Assembly (NCBI RefSeq): GCF_001194135.2
Contig: NC_068982.1
Location: 104,526,361 to 104,568,706, forward strand
DNA: 42,346 nucleotides
Reading direction: 5' to 3'
DNA from: Octopus bimaculoides
Taxonomy: Eukaryota
Positions 22,310 to 36,121 of this stretch are shown in pieces (within the stretch, counting starts at the first letter, position 1; every line of letters starts with the position of its first letter). The translations under genes and the position numbers were made by a program. Under the pieces are notes generated by a model. That model saw only the letters and a list, made by a program, of their open reading frames with translations. It was not told the DNA's origin and did no database searches.

Positions 22310-23259
22310 AATGGCCCTGCTTAATATGTAGGAAAGGTGTAGACAGAAATTCAATACGTTGTGCCAAGTGTAAGATATGGACACACAAGAAGTGTCATAG
22401 AATTACAAGATGGTTAGCAGAAGATACAATCTTTATGGAATAAACACTAAAGACACATGGGAAATAGATTCTCTCAAATGTCCAGGAGGTTCCTTGGACA
22501 TAGTAGATAGTGTCTGTTACCTAGGGAACTTTGAGCATACTCTGAAAGTATAGTAGCTAAAATATGAACTGGCTGAAGAAAGTTCAGAGTTGAAGGCAAA
22601 TTGTATGATGTTTATGTACAAAGAGTAATGCTACATGGTAGTGAGATGAGGACCCTAAATGCAGAGGACATGTGAAGACTAAAAAGGAATGAAGCTAGTA
22701 TATATACTCTGTTGGATGTGCAATGTCAATGAAAATGCAATGAAAGTGAAAATGTGCTGAGAGAAAAATTAGGTATAAGATATAGTGTGCAAGGGAAAAG
22801 ACTGCTGATTTGATCATGAAGACAGCAGTATAAAGACCAATTGCTTAAAGTTGATGAAGCTTGTGGAAGAGGAAGACTTGAGAGGATATGGGATGAAGTT
22901 GATCCTCACAAAGAAGATGACAAAGGAGCAAATTGATTGGCAATTCACTATACTAGAGAGGACTTATAAGTCAAAGTGGAAGTGAGGTCCTAAGTGCATT
23001 ATGGTTATGCCTGCACTTGACAGGCCTGCTCTGCACCCAATCTTGCCCCATTAAGCATTCCCCACATCTCATCTTCTTAACACAAATCCTGTCATCACTC
23101 TTCTAACTACAGCACTACTCAGCTACTGTAATCATTCAAGAGCAAAATAATCTACCTCTTCCTCCCACTGGAACACTTCCTTTTGACATCTATCCCTCAT
23201 TCTCATCATCATTTGTTCCCATAATTTTTTCCATTGATCACTCCCTTTCTATGCCTTCA

Positions 23260-23331
<72 letters not shown>

Positions 23332-24205
23332 ATACCTGATCTTTAACACCTCTCATATCTGCTATCATTCTCAACACTCTCATATCTACTTCCAATGTTG
23401 CTCTTGCCTCCCTCCACTCACTATAGTCACCTTCATGTATCTCTAGCCACCATCTTTGTATATCTCTCACTCTCAGGCCATGCACATCATCTCTCCACTT
23501 TCAGTTCTATCTGCAAGTTTATGATACCACTGCTCTCCACCCTGCCCATACTGCTCCTCGTCATCTCTTCCTTCTTGAACTACTTCTTCTATCACTTTCA
23601 CCTCCCCATCTCCATACTGATAATTACCATCAACCACACTTCCACCCTTGTTTATCATTCACCTCTGTTTCCCTCTCTAACCATATGTAACTCATCTTTC
23701 ATACTCTTATGAAATTATCCACACTCTCCCTCCACTCTGCTCCACTGTCCTTATTCTTGTTTATATACTTGTCTTGTACCTTGGGAGTATATTCCAGCAC
23801 CTCATCACCACCACCTTTATCTCCTTTATAGGAAGACACCTGTGCTTGTCACTCTATCATACTTTAGCCTTTCAACACCTAACTTAAAGCCATCTCCCTC
23901 TCTCAAATAGACTCCGACTCAAATGAAGAGTCTCCTTCTTTTTCTTTGTCTTGTAAGTGACTTGGTGACCTTACAAGTGCCAGTGTTATGAAAAAGAAGC
24001 ATCTAGTATACACTATAAAGCAGTTGGCCATAGGCAGGGTATCTAGCTGTAGAAACCATGCCAAAGCTGGCATTGGAGCCCATGCAATCCTCAGCTTGCT
24101 GGATTTTGTCAAACCATCCAATCTATGCCAGCATGGAATATGAACATTGAATAATGATGATAATGAGAACAACGACAATAATGACAACAACAATGACGAC
24201 ATGAT
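22310..24205 (+). mobile_element. 5'-truncated RTE LINE (post-RT Cys-rich region and probable long pyrimidine-rich 3'UTR with tail)
   Basis: WPCLICRKGVDRNSIRCAKCKIWTHKKC-like translation at about 22310-22400; RTE tail agctgtagaaaccatgccaaa...atgccagcatggaa...gatgat near 24050-24200; internal (CT)n at 23262-23328. Joining both parts as one element is an inference. Confidence 0.65.
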
Positions 24206-27200
24206 GACAATTGTGTGTGTGTGTGCCTACAGAAAAGTAGAGATTAGGCTTAAAGTTGTGGGCTTGAATTAGGTATGATTAATGTTTTCCAATGATAGAA
24301 ATGCTTCTAGAAACAGTGGTTATCATTTATTAGCATCTTCGATTCCCAATATCATGTTTGATCTACTATAGAGATTAATTAAATATAGAGTATATAATTG
24401 ATACACAACCTGATTCCTTTTAATTTTTCATTTACCATAAAATACCTTAAAACCTTATAATATTTAATGTCAAATTATTTCTATGTTGCACAGTAGCTTA
24501 CATTTGATATGTATCTTTGTTGTTGTAGCTTTTACAATTTAATTTTTTTTTAATTATGACAATAGCTTAATTAGATTCTGTGTTATTTTAGTAGTTTTGT
24601 TAGTTTTACACTTGTTTAGTTTCTTTGTTAGATTAGAATATTAGGTAGAATTTTCATTTCCTCCTCTTCTTATGTCACATCAAGTTGTTTGTCAATTCAC
24701 CAAGCTGAACTACTTGTATTATATACTATTTATATTATATTACTATTTTTCAGTAATTTTATTATTTCTTTTATCAATTTTCATTCTGCATTTTATAAAT
24801 AAATTTTTTTATGCTTTATAAGAAAAAAAAATAGTATTAATAATGCCAAACATAACACATTTCATCTATAGTATAATAATGCTTTATTTAAACCTTAAAA
24901 CTATAAAATATTCATTTGTATCACATCTGTTTTACTCAATTCTTGCAACTTACCATCATAAGGCTACATACAAATTCATGGATTTAGTTAGAGCACAGAT
25001 CCTACATTGCAGCCCAAGAAAAGGTGAAAACAGGTTCTTCTCCCTATTTATAACTACATAGTTACTATTACTGTGTCCACCTGTAAATTTCTTACACAAA
25101 CAATTTGACTAAATAACTGACATACTAGATCACTGAAAGAAAGTATGTAAAAATCTTTAAAAAATAGAAATAAGGTTTTTCAAAATCAAAAGACTGAATT
25201 TTTAATGTACTTTTCTCTTAAATGTATAATTCAAATCTGGTCACAGGAATAATTTTTTACTGTGTGGACAGTCCCATTTTATAACAAATAAGTGTTAAAT
25301 ATTATAAAAACATTCATTCATTAAAACATAATTCATAGGATTTATACAACAATGAACGTGTAATTATAAAGATAAATAGTAAACAATAGTTGGGGGAGTA
25401 ATGACTAGATTGTTTAATTTATTAGATCAAAGATAAATATATATTTGAATTAGTAACAGAAATAACAAAAGTTACATGAAGATCTATTTTACTGAATGCA
25501 TTGTAACAAATGAATATGTTTTTGTTTCTATTTTAAATATTTTCTTTTTACTCCCCTCACCTTCTTTCAGATACAGAAGCATTTTGAGGGCATTACTAAA
25601 TTTTTCTATTACCCCAAATAATTTAGTTTTCTCTCAGACTTTTGCCAAAACAATATTTGAATTCATAAATACCAAACTACTGAATCAATGTTAATTTTGT
25701 TCAATGTTTTATTATTGTTTCTTTCATATCTATTAGACTTAAATGTTTTCTCATGAGAACAATACAGTACACAAGGAATAATAAAAACCTACAAATCATT
25801 GGTTAAAACACTAACATCTCCTCAAGATTATATCTTTACTGAGTAATTTGTAAAATCATAAGATGTTATTTTTTCTGTTTACATATTCAAAGGAAACAGA
25901 AGATTTATCTGCCATAAATATATTTCTATTTAACAACATTCACATACCTACAATATTTAATTGTCGATCCACTAAATTTTAAATTATTGCTTTCAAACAT
26001 GTCATAATATTGTATCTTTTTGTTGAAATACCATTTTATTTTACCAATGGTTTTAGTCTTATCAGCAGTGATTGAATTGGAAGATTCCATTCTGTGTTAT
26101 GTCTTTTCTATTATCAAATCATTGTTGTAAACACATTGTAAATCTGTTATCCTTTCACTGTGGATATGCTAGTTATTTTTGTTGTTTGTCTGTTTATGTC
26201 TGCCTTAGTCATGTTGTTATAAAGAGGATTTTATTGCAAAATTTATGTTCTAAGTTTCTGATTTTAAAATGTTACTATTATCTGTAATAATTACATCATA
26301 TCATTGAACTTAAATAGAAAGTTTTGATCTTTGTATTTCATTACCTATCATATTAACTTACTATTTTCTATAATAAACCTGTCTATAAGATACTATTATT
26401 TATTAAAGCTCAAGTAGATTCAGTCCAGAAATATTTTCTTTTCAGTTGTGAGTTCAGATCTCTTAACTTCAAAAGAAACAACTTTTCTAAATTTGAATTT
26501 TTTGTTTTTTATGTTGTTTTATTTTTATCTTAAAAAGTTCCTTGCTTGAGTAATCAGTTTGTCTGATTGAGATAGGCACTCAAGTGTGATGAAGTCTTCA
26601 ATAGACAAAGCTTCCATAGCATTGTAACTGTACTACTTCATGTTCTTCTCATTGATGTACTCATTCTACCAAGGTTGTTACTTCATATCCTGTCTGACTT
26701 TGTCATATATTTCACTACTCGCTCTGCTTTGTAGCTTGTATGTGACATCATTGCTCATAATGTATAAACATAGCAATGTATGTGATGAACTAAATGTTAT
26801 CATGAGCAATGAATGCTAGATGTAGAGTTAAACAAATATGTTCATCTTCTGTGATATATGCTTATTCTAGAGAACATGCCAGTTTTGTTTCTGTTGCAAT
26901 AGGCAATATAGTAACAGATAAGGATCTCCTGTAGCAACTTACTATTTAAAACCTTTGACCTGCTTGAACCTTGATTTAATGCAGGGTCACACAACAAAGT
27001 AATAAAATAAATTTGTAAAGCATTTCTACCTTATGCCCTAAGTAGTGTAGATTTGAGCAGCTGGTGTTATTAAATCAAAGATAGATGCACAAGAAAACAT
27101 TAATGCATCACAAAGCATATCTATAAATTAGTAAACCATGAACTTCAAGAATGGATCCATTAGCTTTGTGAATTTAAATTTAAATAATGAGGAAAACTAC

Positions 27201-27895
27201 AGTAATTTCTTGTACAGAAAGGGTGATTTTATAAAGGCAGACATTGCAGTTATTGCTCTGTGACTAAGAAGTCTGCTTTATATCACATAATTCTGGATCC
27301 CCAGACATGGAACTTTGGCCAGATGTCTTTTACTATAGCTTCAGTTTAACCAGTATCATATGAGTGGAATTTAGTAGACAGAAACTGTTCAAAAGCCCGT
27401 CATCCATGCATGTGTGTATATGTATGGGACATATGAGTAAGATGTGCTCCTATAATCCATTTAGGAGGGATGTAACTTTAAATAAGGACTGACTTGAGTT
27501 GTGACAACCCATCTAACTTATATCAGCATGGAAAACTTATGATGATGACAACAACAAACACGTGTCAGCATCTTTATGCTTTAACCTAGCAGTTCTACAA
27601 ATAGGATTTGATAAAATATGTACCAGGATGAAATAAGTACGAGGGTTGATTTGTTTGACTAAACCCTTAAAAGTTATGCCTCACAACTACTGCAATCCAG
27701 TGAAAGTAGTCAAAGAATATAAGAATCCCACTGAGAATTATTCCTTCCCAAAACATGATTCTTATAGTATAGAATCTCAAAATATGTTTACCCAAAGAAG
27801 ACATTTGTGTGAGTGGAATTATTTTATGAACATTATAAATAATTATCCTCAATACAGGCACAGTGTTAGCAATAACATAGGGAATAGAAGTAATC

Positions 27896-27927
<32 letters not shown>

Positions 27928-28149
27928 TGTGTTACATTAATCTTGATTCAGGGCCATTAGAAAACTACTTTTATTTCATATTTATCATGACCAATGTCCT
28001 TTTATAATCAATCTTCTTTACCTACCATTGTGAAATCATACAAGGTTTATATATATTTTATATATTTTCTAAATACTATTTATTGGTCTTAAACTTCTTT
28101 ATTATTTTTTTTTTTTTGTTTATTGATTTTATTATATTTCTTTATCCAG

Positions 28150-28230
28150 TTTGCACCAAAGAAGCAATTACTGTGCACCTATTGAAACCTTATGTTTTAC
28201 CCCCACACTTGCATTTCCTTGTCATTTCTA
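28150..28230 (+). CDS. Weak candidate exon (xCTKEAITVHLLKPYVLPPHLHFLVIS, phase 1-1)
   Basis: Acceptor atttctttatccag, donor CTA|gtgaga; not anchored by homology. Confidence 0.25.
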
Positions 28231-29049
28231 GTGAGATGTTCATGTCTATTTTTCACTTGTAAATACTGAAATTGATGTCAATGTTTGTTGTTGGTGTTGT
28301 TTAACTCCAGCTCAGCTCAGACTGGCAAACATTTATTATCAAAGGCATTCTAGCCTTAACCATCTAATCTAATCATTTCTTTTTCAGCCAATGTATCTCA
28401 AACTACATTATCCACTATATCTCTCCCTTTCTGTAAGGTAGTAGGGCATTATGTGAGTGAGTTCTAGTTGCTATTTCAAGCAGATCATATGTGATATTTA
28501 CTTGCATCCTTTTGCATTCTAGGTCCAAATCTAGCTGAAGTCAACTTAGCTTTTCATCCCTCTGAGGTTACTAAAGTAAAATATCAGTGAAATCCAGCAT
28601 GGGCTTGATATAATCAACCATACTCTTTTATCCCCCAAAATTTGAGGCCTAACTTTATGCTAGTAATCAATAATATCTCCTATACAATCAAGTCATTTAA
28701 TTCTATTTTTTTACTATTAATTTGATTATTCATGTATTTCTCTAATATTCTTTTAAAATACTATTCTCACTTAAATAAACCATCAAAAAACAATAAAATA
28801 TATAATAAATAGAATAAGATATTTTTTTTCTATTAGTTGTTTGAATTTTCATTATAATATTTTCCTTCACCTGACTGGATCCTATCAGAATTTTGTAAAA
28901 ATTAAATATTTAAGCCAAAGTCTTAAAAAAATACATTTTAATTAACATATTATTTCCAAAGGGAAGCACATCCAATTTATTTATTATATTTGCTTTTAAT
29001 AAAATCATTATTGAATGCATGGTGTATGTGTGTGCGTGTACTGTAACAA

Positions 29050-29650
29050 TGTCCTAGTTGTAGGAGCTGTATTCTCCACTGTGTTTCTTTTGTAGAGAAT
29101 CAGCAATTGTTCAAAGTTGAGGTGTTTTCTGGCTCTGAAGAGGAGGGTTAGTCTTTGGAATGCAGTTTTAGCAACATTTTGAATGTACTTAAGATGCTAT
29201 AGAAAAGAATTCCAAGACAGATTCTTCAACAACATGGTTGAATAATATCCATAGTCTCAGTTGGTCATGCCTGTGAATCCAGAGGCCAGTAATTTGTCAT
29301 GATTTTGAGTAATTTTAATTCCATAATGCCCAAGAGAGTAAGATAGAATATTGTTTCCTTGGTATGTGTAATGTTTATGTCTTTGTGATATTGAAAGAGA
29401 CAAGATTGCCATGGAGAAGGTTTTTGAGATGCTAGTTGTTATAGAAAGTTTAGATTTGACATGAGTTATCTAGGTTGTGTAAGGATGCTGTGTAGAGTGA
29501 TATCATCTGAGTCAACTGAGAATTCCTACAAGTGGTAGCAAAAATATCATTAAGGAAGAGTCTAAGTACCATAACTAAAGGGTTATGAGTCAAGATAAGC
29601 TCCAACTGCATACTGCAATGGTGCAATTTGATAGAAAGCTTTTGACACAA
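29050..29650 (-). mobile_element. Old CR1/Jockey-like RT relic
   Basis: Degenerate translations LRLFLNDIFATT (cf. LFLxFINDL) and TPQL*TI...GEYSS (cf. LLTLYKAxIRPxLEYxS). Confidence 0.45.
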
Positions 29651-29784
29651 GAGATGACAGTCAGATAAAGCCTGCTGATGGACAATTTAGCTCAGAAATA
29701 TTCGTGTCTGATACAAAGTTTGGAAATTTTAAAGTTCAGTTCTTAAGATAATTTATGACTGTATTTGCATATATGTGTGTGTAT

Positions 29785-29930
29785 AGGTGCAGGCATAGCT
29801 GTGCGGTCAAAAAGTTCAATTCACAATTATATGATTTCAGGTTCACCCTCAAAGCACAGTGCCTTGACCAAGTGTCTTCTATGATAGTCTCAGGTCAACT
29901 AATGCCTTGTGAATAAATTTGAAACTATAC
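29785..29930 (+). mobile_element. Degenerate SINE 5' part (family of 1436-1585)
   Basis: gcaggcatagctgtgcggtc...caggttca...gtgccttgaccaagtgtcttctatgatagtc...gccttgtgaa. Confidence 0.7.
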
Positions 29931-29937
29931 ATGCTTG

Positions 29938-29971
<34 letters not shown>

Positions 29972-30307
29972 ACATTCGGTGCTAAATCAGATGTAAAATA
30001 AATGAATGAATGAACAGACACATTCAATTACAGATTGATTGTTTTCATTTAATGTAGAAATAACTCTGTATAAAACTGATTATAGATTCTTTTTAATTGG
30101 TTTTTCATTTCTTGTTGTTTTTCTGTTACATAATGAAATCTATTCACATAGTTATTTTAAATTTTAGTGCTTTCATGGTTTCCACTGTTTCTAAAAATTT
30201 AAGCCTATTGTAATAGAATCATCTACATTCTAAATATATTTGCTGCTACTACAGTACTACTACCATGAATCATTTTAGTTTTTTTTTTTTGTTCTATTAT
30301 TGTTTAG

Positions 30308-30362
30308 ATTTAGATTTATCACTGTACATAATGAAAGTGAATTATCTAAAATGTTGCATTTA
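30308..30362 (+). CDS. Weak candidate exon (xFRFITVHNESELSKMLHL, phase 2-0)
   Basis: Long T tract then tgtttag acceptor; donor TTA|gtaata. Confidence 0.25.
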
Positions 30363-30719
30363 GTAATACAAACAGAATCAGAACTATTTATCAAGGATTA
30401 AATAATTACTGGTATTGTTATAATAATATATTGTTATAACCAGAGTTAGATTTACTTAGATGGACTTGTGACACAAATGTAACAAATCAAATAACATAAT
30501 TGAGTCTTTTCGCTATGATTGACCCATGTTTTTCAAGGAAATGTTACCTTAATATTTGATACTTCTTGTGGCTTTAAGGGTTTTTAACTCCTATGTCTAA
30601 CGATATAGATGCTACCCACCACCCTCAGTCACAATTAGGGACAATTAAATTTTTCCTTTTGGGTTTTATATTGTGTATAGCTGCCTTCATTATTTTATAT
30701 ATATATATATATATAAAAC

Positions 30720-31042
30720 TGGCACTCTGTCGGTTATGACAAAAAGGGCTCCAGTTGATATGATCAATGGAACAGCTTGCTCTTGAAAGTAACATGCAAG
30801 TGGATAAGCACTCCACAGACACATATACCCTCAACAGAGTTCTCAGGGAGATTCCGCATGACATAGAATGTGACAAGGCTGGTCCTTTGAGTCACATGTG
30901 CAACTCATCTTTGCCAGCTGAGTGAACTGGAACAACATGAAATAAAGTGTCTTGCTCAAGGACACAATGCACCACTGAGAGTCAAACTCACAATCTTAAA
31001 ATTGTGAGCTGATTACCCTAACCACTAAGCCATGTTCCTTCA
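30720..31042 (-). mobile_element. tRNA-derived SINE
   Basis: Minus head gtgaaggaacatggcttagtggttagggt...gagtttgactctc, then gtgtccttgagcaagacactttatttcatgttgttccagttcactcagctggcaaa. Confidence 0.85.
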
Positions 31043-31043
31043 C

Positions 31044-31192
<149 letters not shown>

Positions 31193-31543
31193 CATACACA
31201 AACATACATACACATACACACACACTCATATAACAACAGGCTTTCCTGCCATCACTAACCTATCAATTTTTTCATTCCTTTCCATAATGTAGTCAAAGAT
31301 AGCGTTCTTTTTTTTTTTTTTGCTTCCCCTTCAAGAGTGAAGTCAGTGATTTGAGGAAAATTTGGTTACTATTTCTAGCAAGGTGAACAATCACATAGTG
31401 ACTCAGGAATCAAACTCAGTTGTTTACTGTCAAAATAATTTGCTTCTTATGAATATAATGCAAGTTGATTCATCCATCATAATATATGATAGATGACCAA
31501 GTTGATAAATATACTACCACAAATACAAGTATATTTTTCTCAG

Positions 31544-31570
31544 CAACTTTGCCCTGCTCCACTTAACGTG
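31544..31570 (+). CDS. Candidate 27-nt microexon (QLCPAPLNV phase 0-0, or xNFALLHLT phase 2-2)
   Basis: Acceptor atatttttctcag, perfect donor GTG|gtaagt, GC-richer than flanks, frame-preserving. Confidence 0.4.
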
Positions 31571-31884
31571 GTAAGTAATTTGCATAGAGCATCTATTTGC
31601 CCAGCTTTTTATTGGTGCTACTTCCACATCACATTTCAGCTACAAGGATAACACTCAGCTGTAAAAGGACATACTCTAACAATTCATCTGAAGACATCCA
31701 CTTCAACAAATTCCATACCACCTAGTTTGAAAAATAAACTATAAAACAATTAAAACTACTTACAATAAGTAAACTAGTTGAACATATACTCCAATACAAT
31801 TTTCATTAAAATACAAGAACCATTTATTTAACTACATTTAACATCATTTTTCAAAACAGTACTATATGCCTTGAAGCACTGAAG

Positions 31885-32105
31885 GTGCATGGCCTAGTAG
31901 TTAGAGTGTTGGACTCACAATTGTAAGGTCATTGTTTCAATTCCTAGACTGGAGGGAACATTGTGTTCTTTGAGCAAAATGCATCTTTCACATTGATCCA
32001 GTCCACTTAGCTGGAAATGAGTACCAGCTATAGCATCCCATTCAGAGATAGGTATTATACTCTTGGACATTTATACACCATAGAAACCACGATAAGCTCT
32101 AGCCT
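31885..32105 (+). mobile_element. tRNA-derived SINE (family of 1590-1815)
   Basis: ggtgcatggcctagtagttagagtgttggactc...ttgagcaaaatgcatctttcacattgatccagtccacttagctggaaatgagta. Confidence 0.75.
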
Positions 32106-32572
32106 GATAAGCCTGAAGGTTCTTAACAGATACAAGACTAAGTTATACGTCTTATATCAGAGTATTTACCCAGATTTTACTTATATGGTTTTAATCATAA
32201 ATGTGTTCATAAAAGCAGTTTCTGGATGGAAAAATAATTAAGTTACATTTCCCATAAGGGGAGACAAAATGAAGTATCTCTATTACAAGTAGAACTATCC
32301 AACACCAATTGGCTTCTTAACTAGATTAGATAGGTCAACATACTAATTTCAGTTTGAACACTAAATGAGATACTGTTTCTATTATTAATCAGATATCATT
32401 CTACATAGACAGAAATTTGTCAACCATTTTAACATCATCTTTGGTCACATTTAGCTAGGCTCACTCTGTTGTAAGCATCCAGGTCAGATGTCCAATCTGT
32501 AGATTATTCAGTGTCTGACTGTGCTGCATCTTATTGTGACCTTGGTTTTTATCATCCCTTCCCGTGTTTCAG

Positions 32573-32700
32573 AAGCTCTGCAAAAGATCAAGAATGCTGA
32601 TCTCCTTCCTCTCTCCTTAATATTAAAAGAAAAAGTTGAATTGACAGTTTTACCCAATGTCATACTTGACCATGCCATATTTGGAGTTTTAACTAAATGA
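32573..32700 (+). CDS. Candidate exon (xALQKIKNADLLPLSLILKEKVELTVLPNVILDHAIFGVLTK*); 3' end uncertain
   Basis: Strong acceptor atcccttcccgtgtttcag followed by a 41-codon open frame; only weak internal donors. Confidence 0.3.
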
Positions 32701-33060
32701 CCCAATTACCAAACTGCTTACCAAGTCAACTGAGTAGCAATTTGTTCATACAGTCTAGCACTGCTAATTATGAGAGTGTTGTTATTGTTAACACCAAGTC
32801 AGTCCTAGTTAAACAGACCTATGTGCAAAAGCAGTCTTAGTTGTTCTGGCTTTTATTCAGACACAAAAATCTCAGACTACATATAGACACAATATATCTA
32901 GGACTACATTACTACATTGTGCCCTTTGTAAAAATATGATACAGCTGTGAGTTGAGGAACTTTTGACTGGTATTCCTAGCAAGTCTAGCAACCATGTACA
33001 GGCTTCTTCGTTGCTTCAATGTGCTTATTGATGAGTGTTATGAGTGTTTTGTTAGCTTAG

Positions 33061-33091
33061 CTCTGGGTTGCAGCAAACTCATTACCCTGGA
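33061..33091 (+). CDS. Candidate 31-nt exon, frame undetermined
   Basis: Acceptor tttttgttagcttag, perfect donor GGA|gtaagt; all three frames open. Confidence 0.3.
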
Positions 33092-34014
33092 GTAAGTAAC
33101 AAGGAACCCATTCCTGTTTTCTTTACCAGGCAGGCTTTATGACATATTTGTAAATCAACTTGCTCCAATGCAAAGATTTGTTCACTCAGCTTTAATAAAT
33201 TAATTAGTGATGGAATACAACAAAACAACCACATGCATTCTCATAGCTACAACATACAAGGCAAATATATGCATTCTTACAGCTATTAGTATCTTCATGC
33301 ATAACTCTAGAATATGAAGAGATGATAACAGAGGCACATGGTTTGTTCAGAATTTGTTTTCTTTTACATGTTTGCATTGGAGTTATGATTTACATGATCG
33401 AGCAATTATTTACAGCTAGATGCTTTTCCTACCACTAACCACTCAATTGTAAATTAAGAGTAGACCCAGTTTATGTTCAGTCTGGTGAACTAGAGAGAAA
33501 GCAAAGTACCTTTTTCAGAGACACAATATAATGTCATATATGGCATTATGCCCTTGTGCTCAGTGATCCATCATTTCAATCTCATAGCTACATCACTACA
33601 TATTCTAATAAACTTTGCAAGTCAAAAGGAATGAGGAGATATATTAGTATATTTAACCTATGTGTTCCAGAAAGGATGAGCTAAGCTATTGGACTTGAAA
33701 GAAGCTGAGAGCACAACATATTTCTATTTCTTCTTCATATTTATCTAGTGTCAATAAATTGTATACTAGACAAGTACTGTAACCAATATAATCAACTATT
33801 ATCTTCCTACAAAATGTATGCTTTTGTGCCTATGTAAAAAAATCAATACTTACTAACAAACACGAATGCATCTTTTCTGTATACTACCCTAAAAATATCC
33901 TTAAAAAGTAATAGCAGCTTAATTGCATCGGGATAGTCATTGAAGCCATCACAAAACAGACATAAACTATTGTATTCACTTTAACTTTGCTATTAGTTTG
34001 CAATAATAACTGTA

Positions 34015-34618
34015 ATAATTGTTTCAAATTTTGGCTCAAGGCCAGCAATTTCAGTGGGAGAGGATTGATCAATTACATCAACCTCAGTGCTGATCTGGAA
34101 CTTAATCAACTACAACAGGATGAAAGGCAAAGTTGACCTTGACAGAATTTGTATTTGGAACGGAAAGAATCAAAAGAAATGCCACTAAGTCTGCTAATGA
34201 TAATAATAATAATAATAGTAATAATGATTTCAAATTTTGGCACAGGGTCAGTAATTTTGAGGGAGGGGGTAAGTCAATTTCATTGACCTTAGTGTTCACC
34301 TGGTACTTATTTTATCAACTCCAGAAGGATGAAAGACAAAGTTGATCTCAGCCAAATTTGAACTCGAAACACAAAGATAGATAAAATGCTGCTAAGCATC
34401 TTGCTCAGCATGCTAACGACTCTGTCAGCTCATCACCTTAATAATAATAATCCTTTCTGTTATAGGCGCAAGGCCTGAAATTTGGGGAAGGAAGATAGTC
34501 GATTACGTCGCCCCCAGTGCATAATTGGTATTTAATTTATCGACTTTGAAGTGGTTGACAAAATACCGCTAAGCGTTTCACCCAGCATGCTAATGATTCT
34601 ACTAGCTCACCACCTTGT
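34015..34618 (-). mobile_element. Three head-to-tail copies of a tRNA-derived SINE separated by (AAT)n
   Basis: Repeated units tttcaaattttggc.caagg...ggatgaaag.caaagttga.ct...ctaag...gcatgctaa.ga.tct...agctca.cacctt; a fourth partial unit starts near 34924. Confidence 0.8.
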
Positions 34619-34670
34619 CCTTAATAATAATAATAATAATAATAATTAATAATAATAATAATAATAATAG

Positions 34671-34878
34671 TGGAAGTCTAAGGTGACAATTATTCCTGTA
34701 ATAATTGGTGCACTTGACACAACATTCAACCTGCAGAAAGATGTTGGAATTGAGACTTGCATTGTCAACCTGCAGGAAAATGCATTCCTGTATTCTGCAA
34801 AAAAACAAAGAAAGATTTGAAGAGACTTGTTTCCAAATCTCCAGGCAATATCCCTTCCAACTAATATAGCATGTAATG

Positions 34879-34880
<2 letters not shown>
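34671..34880 (+). mobile_element. Extreme 3' end of an R4/Dong-like (restriction-like endonuclease) non-LTR retrotransposon in (AAT)n
   Basis: WKSKVTIIPVIIGALDT...GIETCIVNLQENAFLYSAKKQRKI* resembles the REL-LINE C-terminus (VxIIPVIIGALG...LQKxALxxTAxILRKVL); (AAT)n on both sides. Confidence 0.65.
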
Positions 34881-34925
<45 letters not shown>

Positions 34926-35241
34926 CCTTTCTACTAAAGGCACAAGGCCAAAAATTTTGTGAGAGGGGACTACCTCATTTTCCTCTTAACCACCCCTCTT
35001 TTCTTTCTTCTTTCCCCTTTTTTCACTTTTCTTCTTTTTTTTTCTACCACTAACACCTGTTAATCCAACCTATGATAGGAATCTTATATATACATGTGTG
35101 TGTGTATGTGTACGCATGCATAACCTCCATCAAAAATCTCTGGTCATAACTTGTCTGGTGACTGTGTAAATGCATGAGTGAAACTCCAGAGTAGCAAGAG
35201 ATTGACTTAACCAAAATGAAAATATTGTACACACATGTGCA

Positions 35242-35278
<37 letters not shown>

Positions 35279-35505
35279 TAAGCAGGCAAATTAAATTTTG
35301 TTATGTCCTACAAACAAAATCTTAATTATGTTTATAATAATAACATAATAATCAGGATACTTCCCTTATATTATGATTAATTATCATTATGTCTTTTGCT
35401 CAAAATCACAAATATAAGCATAGAAAGCTTATTTATGTTAGATATAGGTGAATTCTAACAGATTTCAAAGTGATTCAGCATGTCAGTAATCAATGGCCAT
35501 TGAAG

Positions 35506-35550
<45 letters not shown>

Positions 35551-35718
35551 CACAGGCGTGTGTATAATGAATTGTGGCCTATTATAGTTTTAATCTCTAT
35601 AAGTAAGTATTAGACTTCATTGACTTTACACAACCACTCACACATGTATGTATTTCCTTTAAAACATGCTAATATATGTTGATGTGTACAAGTGTTCTGT
35701 CCTTTTTTACCTTTGAAG

Positions 35719-35785
35719 ATCTTAAACTATTTTATGATGCCATTATTAAACTGACTTTCTGTTTTCAATTCTGTGATATGGCATG
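35719..35785 (+). CDS. Weak candidate exon (xLKLFYDAIIKLTFCFQFCDMA, phase 1-2)
   Basis: Acceptor ccttttttacctttgaag, donor ATG|gtattg; only one frame open. Confidence 0.25.
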
Positions 35786-36121
35786 GTATTGTGTGATATA
35801 AAATTGATTATTTTATTTGTATACATGTCATAAATTTTCTCTGCTTCCAGTTTTCACTTCTTTACACAAAAATCTTTCACTGATTCTTTTAAGATATAAT
35901 TTTTATGATTCTTGCTTAGGTAGGAATTGTTTCTGTTTATATATGTTTGTATATAGGGCTAAAATTTGTTTATATGCAGACATTTTTTTTTTTATCTGTG
36001 TAAGTGATTTGGGATTTTACATGTTGATATTTGGGAGAAAAACATTTATATAATTTCTTCTCTGCATAATGTGCCTCTATAACTCTATAATAGATTGGTG
36101 ATTCTATTCTCTTGCATTCAG

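Noticed and set aside
26560-26790. Protein-like minus-strand frame (MSNDVTYKLQSRASSEIYDKVRQDMK*...) with several stops
   Set aside because: Possibly an old transposon relic, but no diagnostic motif is recognisable.
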